64,000 bases of DNA from an uncultured Candidatus Entotheonella sp. (lineage in GTDB: Bacteria; Tectomicrobia; Entotheonellia; Entotheonellales; Entotheonellaceae): assembly GCA_965215335.1 (NCBI GenBank), contig CBDCDA010000001.1, positions 1,024,001 through 1,088,000 on the forward strand, read 5' to 3'. Within the stretch, counting starts at the first letter, position 1, and each line of letters begins with the position of its first letter. The notes under the pieces were generated by a model, which searched no databases, was not told the origin of the DNA, and saw only the letters and a list, made by a program, of their open reading frames with translations. Positions 1 through 9,266 of this stretch are shown here, piece after piece. Both the position numbers and the translations under genes were made by a program.

Positions 1-2835
1 GGATTCGAGCGCAAACGTCTTCTTGTGCAGCGGGCAGGCGATTTTCGGCGTCCCGCCGGCATCACCGAGAATGCCGCGCGACAGCACGAAGGCTTTCTTG
101 TGCGGACACATCTGCTGGCTGGCGTACCACTCGCCGCGGCTGCTGAAGTTGAACACGGCGATCTGCACGCCGCCGTATTTGATGGTGGCGCCGCCGTCGG
201 GCGGGAAATCATCCGCGCTGCCGACCTTGACCCAGGCGCGCTCGGTACCGGTGCCGGTGCTCGCCAGGCGGTCGAGCACGCCGGCCTGCTGCAGCGATAC
301 CGCTTCCGTCGGCCAGTCCGCCGGACGCCGCTGGCCGCGTTCGGAGATGATCTCGATCGTCGGCTCGCTGGCGTCGCTGTTCACGAACTGCCGGAACAGC
401 CGCCGCTTCTCGGGATCGTTGACCACGTCGGCCCACTCGCAGCGGTACGAATCGACCAGGAACTGCATCATGGATTCGAGCTCGTCGCAGATGCCGAGCT
501 TGTCGTCGACGATCACTTGCCGCACATGCTCCACGCCCCCCGCCATATTTTCGAGCCACACCGCGGTGCGGCTCAGCTTGTCGGCAGTCATGATGTAATA
601 CATGAGGAAGCGGTCGATGTAACGGATGGCGGTGGCCTCGTCGAGGTCGGCGGCCAGCAGGTCGGCGTGCCGCGGCCTGGCACCGCCGTTGCCGCCGACA
701 TACAGGTTGTAGCCGTGCTCGGTGGCCACCAGGCCGAAGTCCTTGCCCTGCGCCTCGGCGCACTCGCGCACGCAGCCGGACACGGCGCTCTTGATCTTGT
801 GCGGCGCTCGCACCCCCTTGTAGCGGTTTTCCAGGCGCACCGCGAAGCCGACCGAATCCTGCACGCCATAGCGGCACCACGTGGTGCCAACGCAACTCTT
901 CACGGTGCGCAGCGCCTTGCCGTAGGCGTGACCGCTCTCGAAGCCGGCGCCTGCAAGCCTCTCCCAGATGTCCGGCAGGTTCTGCAACCGGGCGCCGAAC
1001 AGATCGATGCGCTGGCCGCCGGTGATCTTGGTGTAGAGGCCGTATTCGCGCGCCGTCTCGCCCAGGGTGATGAGCTTTTCGGGCGTAATCTCGCCGCCCG
1101 GCACGCGCGGAATCACCGAGTACAACCCGCCACGCTGCATGTTGGCGAGGGGGGGGAAACGGTCGTTGGTGTCCTGCAGGGTGTGGTGCGCCGGGTCGCT
1201 GATCGTCTCGTTCCACAGCGCCGCCAGGATGGAGGTGACGGCCGGCTTGCACACCTCGCAGCCATTGCCGCTGCCGTACTGGCCGATTGTCTCGGCAAAC
1301 GTCTTCAGTTGCTTCGCCTTGATGATGGCGAACAGTTCGGTGCGTGAATAGGGAAAGTGCTCGCACATGTGGTGGCTGACGACGACGCCGGCCGCGGCCA
1401 TGACGGCGTTGAACAGATCGGTGACCAAGGGCAAGCAGCCGCCGCAGCCGGTCCCGGCCCGGGTGGCGGCTTTGAGGTCCGCCAGGGTGGTGATTTCCTG
1501 TTCGCGCATGGCGTCGCAGATAGCGCCCTTGGTGAGGTTGTTGCAGGAACAGATTTGCGCCGCATCGGCCATGGCGTCGACGCCCACCAGGGTTCCGGTG
1601 CCACCCGAACGGCCCAGGAGCAGCGCGTTGGGGCGGCACGGCAGCGGCTCGCCACTCCGGGCCAGCACGGACAACGAACCGTAGTCGTCGGCGTCGCCGA
1701 CCAGCACGCCGCCGATCAGCCGGGTGCCGTCGGGGCTGAACAACAGCTTCTTGTAGACGCCGTCGAAGGGGTCTTCCCAGGTGAGCGGGCAAGCGACCTC
1801 GGCATCCGCCTCGTGGTCTCCGAAGCTGGCGACGTCCACGCCCATGAGCTTCAGCCTGGTGGACAGGTCGGCACCGTTGAAGCGCGCGTCGCCGCCGCTG
1901 AGGTTGGCGGCGACGACCTCGGCCATCTCGTAGCCCGGCGCCACCAGACCGTAGATCATGCCGCCAAACAGCGCCACCTCGCCAATGGCGTAGATCGACG
2001 GGTCGGAGGTTTGCAAGAGATCGTTGACCGCCACGCCGCCGCGCTCGCCCACTGCGATGCCGCAGGCGCGCGCCAGGTCGTCGCGCGGGCGAATGCCGGC
2101 GGAGACGATGATCATCTCCACGTCCAGCACCTCGCCGTCCTGGAAACGCATGCCGGCCACGCGGCCGTTGCCCAGCACCTCCCGGGTGGCCTTGTCGAGG
2201 TGCACACGGACGCCGAGGTCTTCGATCTTGCCCACCAGGACGCGCGAGCCGGCGGCGTCGATCTGCCGTGGCATCAGGCGCGGGGCGAATTCCACCACGT
2301 GCGTCTCCAGGCCGAGGTCGTATGCCGCCTTGGCTGCCTCGAGGCCGAGCAGGCCGCCGCCGATGACAGCGGCGCGCTTCACCCCGCTGCCGTAGTCGAT
2401 GATGCGCTCCAGGTCCTCGATGGTGCGGTAGACGAACACGCCGCGCTTTTCGATGCCCGGCACGGGCGGCACGAACGGGTACGAGCCGGTGGCCAGCACC
2501 ACCGTGTCGTAGGCCACCTCGACGCCCTTGTCGGAACGCACCACCTTGGCGCGGCGGTCGATGTCGTTGGCGCGGTCGCCGATGTGCAATTCCACGCCGT
2601 TGGCCTGGTACCAGGCCATCTTGGTCATCATGAGCTTCTGCGCGTCGCGGTGCGCGAAAAACGAGGTGAGACCAACGCGGTCATAGGCCGCGCGGGGTTC
2701 CTCGCAAAAGGTGATCAGTCGGAATTGCCGGTCGGTGTCGCGTCCGACGAGCTGTTCGCAGAAGCGCTGCCCGACCATGCCGTTGCCGATCACGACAACG
2801 TTTCGGCGTCCATCATGTGTGTCAGTCGTTTGCAT
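1..2835 (-). CDS. nirB: NADH-dependent nitrite reductase large subunit fused to a C-terminal NirD (Rieske-like) domain; runs off the window edge
   Basis: Manual minus-strand translation from ATG at 2835. N-terminal VVIGNGMVG FAD-binding motif, BFD-like Cys motifs (CSCNNL..GCGGC), VKSCVGTTWCRYG and siroheme VSGCVRECAEAQ. C-terminal WVKVG...QMCPHKKAFVLSRG...IACPLHK resembles NirD. Confidence 0.93.
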   Translation of the reverse strand, partial: MQTTDTHDGRRNVVVIGNGMVGQRFCEQLVGRDTDRQFRLITFCEEPRAAYDRVGLTSFFAHRDAQKLMMTKMAWYQANGVELHIGDRANDIDRRAKVVRSDKGVEVAYDTVVLATGSYPFVPPVPGIEKRGVFVYRTIEDLERIIDYGSGVKRAAVIGGGLLGLEAAKAAYDLGLETHVVEFAPRLMPRQIDAAGSRVLVGKIEDLGVRVHLDKATREVLGNGRVAGMRFQDGEVLDVEMIIVSAGIRPRDDLARACGIAVGERGGVAVNDLLQTSDPSIYAIGEVALFGGMIYGLVAPGYEMAEVVAANLSGGDARFNGADLSTRLKLMGVDVASFGDHEADAEVACPLTWEDPFDGVYKKLLFSPDGTRLIGGVLVGDADDYGSLSVLARSGEPLPCRPNALLLGRSGGTGTLVGVDAMADAAQICSCNNLTKGAICDAMREQEITTLADLKAATRAGTGCGGCLPLVTDLFNAVMAAAGVVVSHHMCEHFPYSRTELFAIIKAKQLKTFAETIGQYGSGNGCEVCKPAVTSILAALWNETISDPAHHTLQDTNDRFPPLANMQRGGLYSVIPRVPGGEITPEKLITLGETAREYGLYTKITGGQRIDLFGARLQNLPDIWERLAGAGFESGHAYGKALRTVKSCVGTTWCRYGVQDSVGFAVRLENRYKGVRAPHKIKSAVSGCVRECAEAQGKDFGLVATEHGYNLYVGGNGGARPRHADLLAADLDEATAIRYIDRFLMYYIMTADKLSRTAVWLENMAGGVEHVRQVIVDDKLGICDELESMMQFLVDSYRCEWADVVNDPEKRRLFRQFVNSDASEPTIEIISERGQRRPADWPTEAVSLQQAGVLDRLASTGTGTERAWVKVGSADDFPPDGGATIKYGGVQIAVFNFSSRGEWYASQQMCPHKKAFVLSRGILGDAGGTPKIACPLHKKTFALES

Positions 2836-2875
2836 GGCCCCCCCGCCTGTCCTCTGGCATGGTTGAAGCGGGTTA

Positions 2876-4219
2876 TTATGCCGCCGTGCGCAGCGCCGCC
2901 TGGCGCTGCGCCAGGGCCTCGGCCAAGGCGGCTTTCTCCGCCGCCTCCACCTCGGGCGAGAAACGCACACACAGCGCCAGGCTCGACGACACCGCCACGG
3001 CGATGCCGAGGATCAGCAGGGCGTCCTGGGTGGCCAGCGATTCGACCCGGAACAGGAAGCCGGCCGCCACCGCCCCGGCATTGCCACCGGCGCCGACGAT
3101 GCCGGCCACCGGACCGACCGCCTTCTTGTTGATGAACGGCACGATGCCGTAAGTGGCGCCTTCGGACATCTGCACAAAGAGGCTGAAGACGATCATGGCG
3201 CCGACCGCGATGCCCAGGGCCGGCATGCGGGAAAAGAGCATCAGCGCTACGCCTTCGAGCAGCAGCACGCAACCCAGGAACCACACCCGGCCGCGCAGCC
3301 CGCCGCGGCGCGCGAAGGTGTCCGAAAAGATGCCGCCCAGGGTGCGCGCGAAAATGTTCATCAGGCCGAACAGCCCGGCTATCAGACCCGCGGTGCCGAC
3401 GCTGAGCCCGAACCGATCATGGAAATACAGCGCCGCAACGTTGTTGATGGTCAGTTCGATGCCGAAGCACGCTGCATAGATCACGAACAGGACCCAGACG
3501 CGATAGTCTCTGGCCGCCGCCGCGAACGAGCCGTGCGACTTGTCGCTGCGCGGCGCCATGCGGCCCTGCGCGCGCAGGTCGCGGTAGTTGCCATCCGGAG
3601 CGTCCTGGGTGAACAGGAAATAGGCGATACCGGTAACGAACAGCACGGCGCCGGGGACGACCATGGCCAGCCGCCAGCCCAGGAACTTGCCGACGCCGAG
3701 CATCAGGAAGGCCGCGAAGAGCAGCGGCATCACCATCTGGGTGACGCCGCCGCCGAGGTTGCCCCACCCCGCGGTGGTGGCGTTGGCCGTGCCCACGCAG
3801 TTGGGGGCGAACATCATCGAGGTATGGTACTGGGTGATGACGAACGACGCGCCGATGGCGCCGATGGCCAGCCGGAAGAGCAGGAACGCCTCGTAGCTCT
3901 GTGCCAGGCCGATGCCCATGACCGGCAGCGAGCCGAGGATCAGCAGCCACGTGTACGTGAGCCGCGAGCCGAATTTGTCGCACAGCGGCCCGATCAGGAG
4001 CCGTACCAGCACCGTGATGGCGACCGAGGCGATGATGGTGTTGCCGATCTGCGCCTTGGTGAGCATCAGGTCCTCGCGCACGATAGCCATCAGCGGCGCG
4101 ATGCCGAACCAGCCGAAGAAGCACAGGAAAAAGGCGAACCACGTCATGTGGAACGCCCGCATCTGCGGTGTCCTGAGGCTGAACAGGTTGATCCGGGTCG
4201 CCTTGTTGAAGATTTCCAC
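2876..4219 (-). CDS. narK: NarK/NRT2-family MFS nitrate/nitrite transporter
   Basis: Motifs QMRAFHMTWFAFFLCFFGWF, ANATTAGWGNLGGG and ACFGIELT. GTG start at 4219 after a GGAGG-type RBS. Directly upstream of nirB. Confidence 0.92.
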   Translation of the reverse strand: MEIFNKATRINLFSLRTPQMRAFHMTWFAFFLCFFGWFGIAPLMAIVREDLMLTKAQIGNTIIASVAITVLVRLLIGPLCDKFGSRLTYTWLLILGSLPVMGIGLAQSYEAFLLFRLAIGAIGASFVITQYHTSMMFAPNCVGTANATTAGWGNLGGGVTQMVMPLLFAAFLMLGVGKFLGWRLAMVVPGAVLFVTGIAYFLFTQDAPDGNYRDLRAQGRMAPRSDKSHGSFAAAARDYRVWVLFVIYAACFGIELTINNVAALYFHDRFGLSVGTAGLIAGLFGLMNIFARTLGGIFSDTFARRGGLRGRVWFLGCVLLLEGVALMLFSRMPALGIAVGAMIVFSLFVQMSEGATYGIVPFINKKAVGPVAGIVGAGGNAGAVAAGFLFRVESLATQDALLILGIAVAVSSSLALCVRFSPEVEAAEKAALAEALAQRQAALRTAA

Positions 4220-4311
4220 GCTGTCCCCCCTCCCCTTATGCCGCGCCGTTCCGGGGAATGTGTTGCCTGACGCCGCTGATGCGGCGCGTTCGTCAGATGG
4301 ACGAGGGAAGG

Positions 4312-4327
4312 TGCAAGAGATGTGCCA
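4312..4327 (-). promoter_or_regulatory. sigma54 (-24/-12) promoter for narK-nirBD
   Basis: Minus strand reads TGGCAC-ATCTC-TTGCA, a match to TGGCAC-N5-TTGC, about 90 bp upstream of the narK start. Confidence 0.75.
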
Positions 4328-4969
4328 AGGCGCAAGCGGTACGGCATCCGGTGCCGGGAAAGCCAGATAACTTATTGTGAGACAGTGGGTTGTACGGATA
4401 CGAGGGGGGGAGTCAGGGCTGTGACGCATGGCCGCCTATCCGACGATAGTGGCAACAATATGGTTGGAATTCAATAAAAAGCGACGATTTCGTCGTTTTT
4501 CTGGTGATGTGACCTGCGGCTGGGCTTGGAAACCGACGCCCGCACCCGAACATCTTGCCATCGAAAGACGCCGGCGGCGTCAGGGTGGCCTTGAGCGTTG
4601 ACATGCCGGCTGGAATAGCTGCGCGGGCCTCGGGAGACAGTGACGTTACCGGTTTGTACCCTCCCCTCCAGTGCGATTACCCAGCGCCTGCCGTCGCTGC
4701 ACGGAGTCGCCTGGCTGGGCATCGAACGCATCAATGGCATCCCTTGGAACAAGGGTGCCGTTGCTTTGCGGACACGCGGCGCAGACCTCCGGCTGCGCCT
4801 TCCCGTGGACAGGCTTTCGGCCCGTCACAACGCAAGTGTGTGAGATGTCACTTGATCTCAAGTGCGCAGTTGATGGTGACGGCGCTCCCGCCCTTTTCTT
4901 CGCTCGTGCAGCGCCTGGGACGGCTCAACAGACGATGGGAGATCGAACAGGGCGCACACGGAAAAAGGT

Positions 4970-5421
4970 TTTACGAGGCAGAAAGGCCATTGTAACCGGC
5001 GGCAAGCCGCGGCATTGGCAAGGCGATCGCCCTGGAACTGGCCCGCGAGGGCGTGGACGTGGCTATTGCGGCGCGCGGCCTGGAGGAATTGACGACGACA
5101 GCCGAGGAACTGGCGGCCAAAACCGGGCAGCGCGTCGTTCCGATTGTAACCGACGTAACCAGCCGCGAACAGGTTGACCGCATGACCGATCAGGCCGCCG
5201 AGCTGCTCGGCGGCCTGCACATCCTGGTCAATAGCGGTGCCCTGCCCGGCGACTCTCCAACGGCGGTCGGGCACCTCGACACGGTGGTCGACGAAGACCT
5301 GCTGCAGGATTTCAAGTCAAGCATGTCGGCGCCCTGCGCTGCTGCCGATAAAGCCTGGGCCGTCACCGGTGAGCTGATCGTTGCGAATGGTGGTACCGGC
5401 TACCGGCGCGGCCGTGTATGA
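4970..5421 (+). pseudogene. Short-chain dehydrogenase/reductase remnant (frameshift plus internal deletion)
   Basis: LRGRKAIVTGG is frameshifted near 5004 into SRGIGKAIALELAREGVDV...LHILVNSG, then jumps to C-terminal AVTGELIVANGG. No YxxxK segment. Confidence 0.75.
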
Positions 5422-5442
5422 CCGATGGTTGCCCGCTGCCCT

Positions 5443-7561
5443 CTACAGGAACAACGGCGCCAGCACCAGGGTAATGGTGCTGAGGAGCTTGATGACCACG
5501 TGCAGCGACGGGCCAGCGGTGTCCTTGAACGGGTCGCCGACGGTGTCGCCGACCACCGCGGCCTTGTGGGTCTCGGACCCCTTGCCGCCGTGGGCGCCGG
5601 TCTCGACGTATTTCTTGGCGTTGTCCCAGGCGCCACCGCCGTTGTTGAGGACGGTGGCCACGAGGATGCCGGCGATGGTGCCGATCATCAGCAGCGCCGC
5701 CACGGCTTCCGCGCCTATCCCAAACTGGCGGAAGATGAGTCCGACGACGATCGGCATGCCGACGGTCAGCAACCCGGGTAGAACCATCTGCCGCAGGGCG
5801 CCCGCAGCGACGATGTCGACGCACTGGCGATAGGAAGGCTTTTCGGTGCCCTCGAGGATGCCGGGGTGCTCACGGAACTGCCGCCGCACCTCGTTGATGA
5901 CATAGTAAGCGGCCTTGCCGACGGCGCGGGTCGCCAGCGCCGAGAACAGGAAGATCAGCATGGCGCCGAGCAGACCGGCGACGAACACCTCGGGCTTGGC
6001 GATGTCCACCGCGGCCACGAAGTCCTTGTCGTAGTGCCTGATCTCGTCCAGGTAGGCGGTGAACAGCAGGAAGGCGGCGAGGGCGGCGCTGCCGATGGCG
6101 TAGCCCTTGGTGAGCGCCTTGGTGGTATTGCCCACCGCGTCCAGGCGGTCGGTCTTGACGCGGATTTCCTCCGGCTGTTCGCTCATCTCGATAATGCCGC
6201 CAGCGTTGTCGGCGATCGGCCCGAAGGTGTCCATGGCCAGGATGTAGGCAGCGGTGCCCAGCATGCCCATGGTGGCCACCGCGGTGCCGAAAGAAGCCGG
6301 CGTGCTCGACACCGCTCGCCAGGCCGATGTGGTAGGACGCCACGATGGCGACGGCGATGACGATGACCGGCAGGGCGGTCGATTCGCAGGCCACCGCGAA
6401 CCCGGTGATGATGTTGGTGGCGGGCCCGGTCTCCGACGCCTCGGCAATCGAGCGCACCGGGCGATATTTGTATTCGGTGTAGTACTGCGTGATGTAGACG
6501 AACACCATCGCCGTCGCCAGTCCGATCAGCCCGCAAATCCAGAAATAGAACCACGCCTGCGGCGCCTGCGGGGTGGACATCAGCCAATAGCAGCCGATGC
6601 CGAAGCCAATGCCGGCCAGCACCGTGGTGAGGTAATACCCTTTGTTGAGCGCCTGCATCGGGTCGCCGTCTTCGTCCGTTTTCACCACCATGACGCCGAC
6701 GATGGAAGCCAGCAGGCCGAAGGCGCGCACGACCAGCGGGAACAGCACGCCCTTGATCCCAAAGTAGGGATACAGCGCGACGCCCAGGATCATGGCGCCG
6801 ATGTTCTCGGCGGCCGTGGACTCGAACAGGTCGGCGCCACGTCCGGCGCAGTCGCCGACGTTGTCGCCCACCAGGTCGGCGATGACCGCCGGATTGCGGG
6901 GATCGTCCTCGGGAATGCCCGCTTCGACCTTGCCCACCAGGTCGGCGCCGACGTCAGCCGCCTTCGTGTAGATGCCGCCGCCGAGTTGCGCGAACAGCGC
7001 CACGAAACTCGCCCCGAAGCCGTAGCCGACGATCAGGAAGGGAATCTTCTTGTCCTCGATGCCCAGCAGCCACAGCAGCAGGAACAGGCCGCCGACGCCG
7101 ATCAGACTCATGGCGACGACGAACAGGCCGGACACCGCGCCGCCGCGAAGCGCGATGCGCAGCCCGTCGTTCAGACTGGTACGGGCCGCCGATGCCGTGC
7201 GGATATTGGTGCGGATGGAGACGAACATGCCGATGTAGCCCGCGATGCCCGAGCACAGGGCGCCGAAAATGAACGACCCGGCGACGTAGATCGCCATCTG
7301 GATGCGGTCCACCGGGTCGGCGGCGTTCTCGGGCCGGATGTAGGCATACAGCACGAAGAGGATGACCGTGACTGGCACCGTCAGCAGAGTGATGGTGCCG
7401 TACTGCCGCCGCAGGAAGGCTTCGGCACCCTCGCGGATGGCGTCCGAAATGCTCCGCATCTCCTGCGTGCCGTCGTCCTTCTGCAACACCCAGCGCGCCA
7501 GATAGACGGCAAAGACGAGGCCAAACACGCTACACACAATGGTCAGTACCAGTTGAACCAC
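5443..7561 (-). pseudogene. hppA: Membrane-bound proton-translocating pyrophosphatase, K+-independent type, with a single frameshift near 6291 (possible sequencing error)
   Basis: Motifs GGGIYTKAADVGADLVGKVE, DNVGDCAG, DNAGGIIEM, GNTTKA, GGAWDNAKK and GDTVGDPFKDTAGP are split over two frames. An extra T at GCC GGC TTC TTT CGG CAC breaks the expected AGFFGT. Confidence 0.9.
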
Positions 7562-7901
7562 AAGTCGTCCTCCATTACGGATACGTTGCGAAAAGCAGAG
7601 AGCGCGACACGACAACGGGCCGCCCTTTCCGTGCGCGTCGAACACGGTTGCGCTGCTGAAACCGGCTGTTTCAGGGGCCGCTGCGCCTTCTGCCCTGCTA
7701 TGCGGGATGGGATGAATCGCGGCGAGAACCAACGATAACGAGCGGAATTGTAGCACATCGGCCGCTGCGGGCGGTCCGCATCCAGGAATATCGGCGTGCA
7801 CCGGACGGGTGTGGGAGGTATAGTGAAGGACAAAAGTCGCAAAACCGGTATTGGTGTATCCCGAATGCATTCAATCATGGGGCAGGAAAGCGAGGGGTCC
7901 G

Positions 7902-9266
7902 ATGCTGCGAAGAGCGCTGATCGGTTTTAGCACGCTGACGATTCTGATCGTGGGCGTTGTCGGCATGAAGGCGTTGAAGGATATGCGCGAACCTCCGGAG
8001 CGCCGGATCATCGACAATCCGGGGCCGGTGGTGCGTGTGCTCAAGGTGGAGCCGCGCGACGTGCCGCTTTCCGTAGCCGGATTCGGCACCGTACGGGCCA
8101 AGCACGTCTGGAGCGTCGCGCCCGAGGTGTCGGGGACGATTGTCGAGTTGTCACCGCAGGTGCGGGCCGGGTTGCACGTCAGGCGCGGCGACCTGTTGTT
8201 CGAAATCGATCCGCGCTCGTTCCGGCTGGCCGTACAGCGTATTCAGTCCCGCTTGATTCAGCACGAGAAAGAAATCGCCGTCCTCCAGCAGCAGCGGAAG
8301 AATGACCTCGAAACCCTCGAACTGGCGCGCCACAACCTGTCCATCGCAGAAGAAGACCTGCGGCGCGATGAAGAGCTGGCGCGCAAGGGCACCATTTCCC
8401 CGCGTGAGCGCGATCGCCGGCAGCAGGCACGGAACGAGGCGCTGCGTTCGGTGCAAAACGTCGAAAATCAGCTGGCCTTGAACGGGCCGCGGGTCGAGCA
8501 GGCCGAAGCCGCCATCGAGGTGGCGCGGGCGGAGTTGGAAGAAGCCAGGTTGAAACTCGGCAAGACGCGCTTGCTGGCGCCCGCCGACGGCCAACTCGTT
8601 CAGACCACCCTCGACCTCGGCGAGTTCGTCACCGCCGGGCGTGAAGTCGCCTCCCTGTATGGCACGGACGCCGCGGAAATTCCCATCGCCGTGTCCATGG
8701 ACGAGCTCCGCTGGCTGCCGACGCTGTCGCCGGATCACTTCTCGCCCACGGCAGATTCCAATCCGGCATCAAGGGACCTCCTGCCCACAGCCACGGTTCA
8801 CTGGCAAGGCGGCCAGCGCGATTATGTCTGGCAAGGCAAAGTGTCGCGTTGGGAGGCCGGCCTGGATGCGCGGACGCGTACCCTGACCCTGGTGGTGGAA
8901 GTCCCGCGTCCCTGGGATTCGTTCCGTCCCGGCGAACACCCTGCCCTGCAACCCGGCATGTTCTGCCGGGTTGAAATTTCCGCCGGCAGCCAGCCCCATG
9001 CCGTGGTCATTCCCCGTACCGCTTTGCACGACGACAACACGGTATATCTCGTCAGCGACGACCGCCTCGCTCGTCGCCAGGTGGAAGTTCTGCGTTTCCT
9101 CCAGAATCAAGCCATCATCAGCGCCGGCCTGGAACCCGGAGACCGGCTCGTTGTTTCTCCTCTCAGCGCTCCGGTCATTGGCATGAAGCTTCGCGCCCTG
9201 GAAGTCGAACCCGCACCACCCGCCATCCTGACCCAAGACATCGTCGCACGGCAAGAGGAGCGCTAA
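7902..9266 (+). CDS. RND efflux periplasmic adaptor (membrane fusion protein)
   Basis: N-terminal TM, lipoyl-like VAPEVSGTIV..GDLLFEID, coiled coil, LLAPADG and LQPGMFCRVEI. Adjacent to an RND permease. Confidence 0.88.
   Translation: MLRRALIGFSTLTILIVGVVGMKALKDMREPPERRIIDNPGPVVRVLKVEPRDVPLSVAGFGTVRAKHVWSVAPEVSGTIVELSPQVRAGLHVRRGDLLFEIDPRSFRLAVQRIQSRLIQHEKEIAVLQQQRKNDLETLELARHNLSIAEEDLRRDEELARKGTISPRERDRRQQARNEALRSVQNVENQLALNGPRVEQAEAAIEVARAELEEARLKLGKTRLLAPADGQLVQTTLDLGEFVTAGREVASLYGTDAAEIPIAVSMDELRWLPTLSPDHFSPTADSNPASRDLLPTATVHWQGGQRDYVWQGKVSRWEAGLDARTRTLTLVVEVPRPWDSFRPGEHPALQPGMFCRVEISAGSQPHAVVIPRTALHDDNTVYLVSDDRLARRQVEVLRFLQNQAIISAGLEPGDRLVVSPLSAPVIGMKLRALEVEPAPPAILTQDIVARQEER

Noticed and set aside
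25..3132. Long plus-strand ORFs (440 and 591 aa) and similar antisense ORFs elsewhere
   Set aside because: They are shadow ORFs opposite real high-GC genes and carry no family motifs.
4430..4960. Short ORFs between narK and the SDR remnant
   Set aside because: No consistent frame or motif; probably regulatory or decayed DNA.
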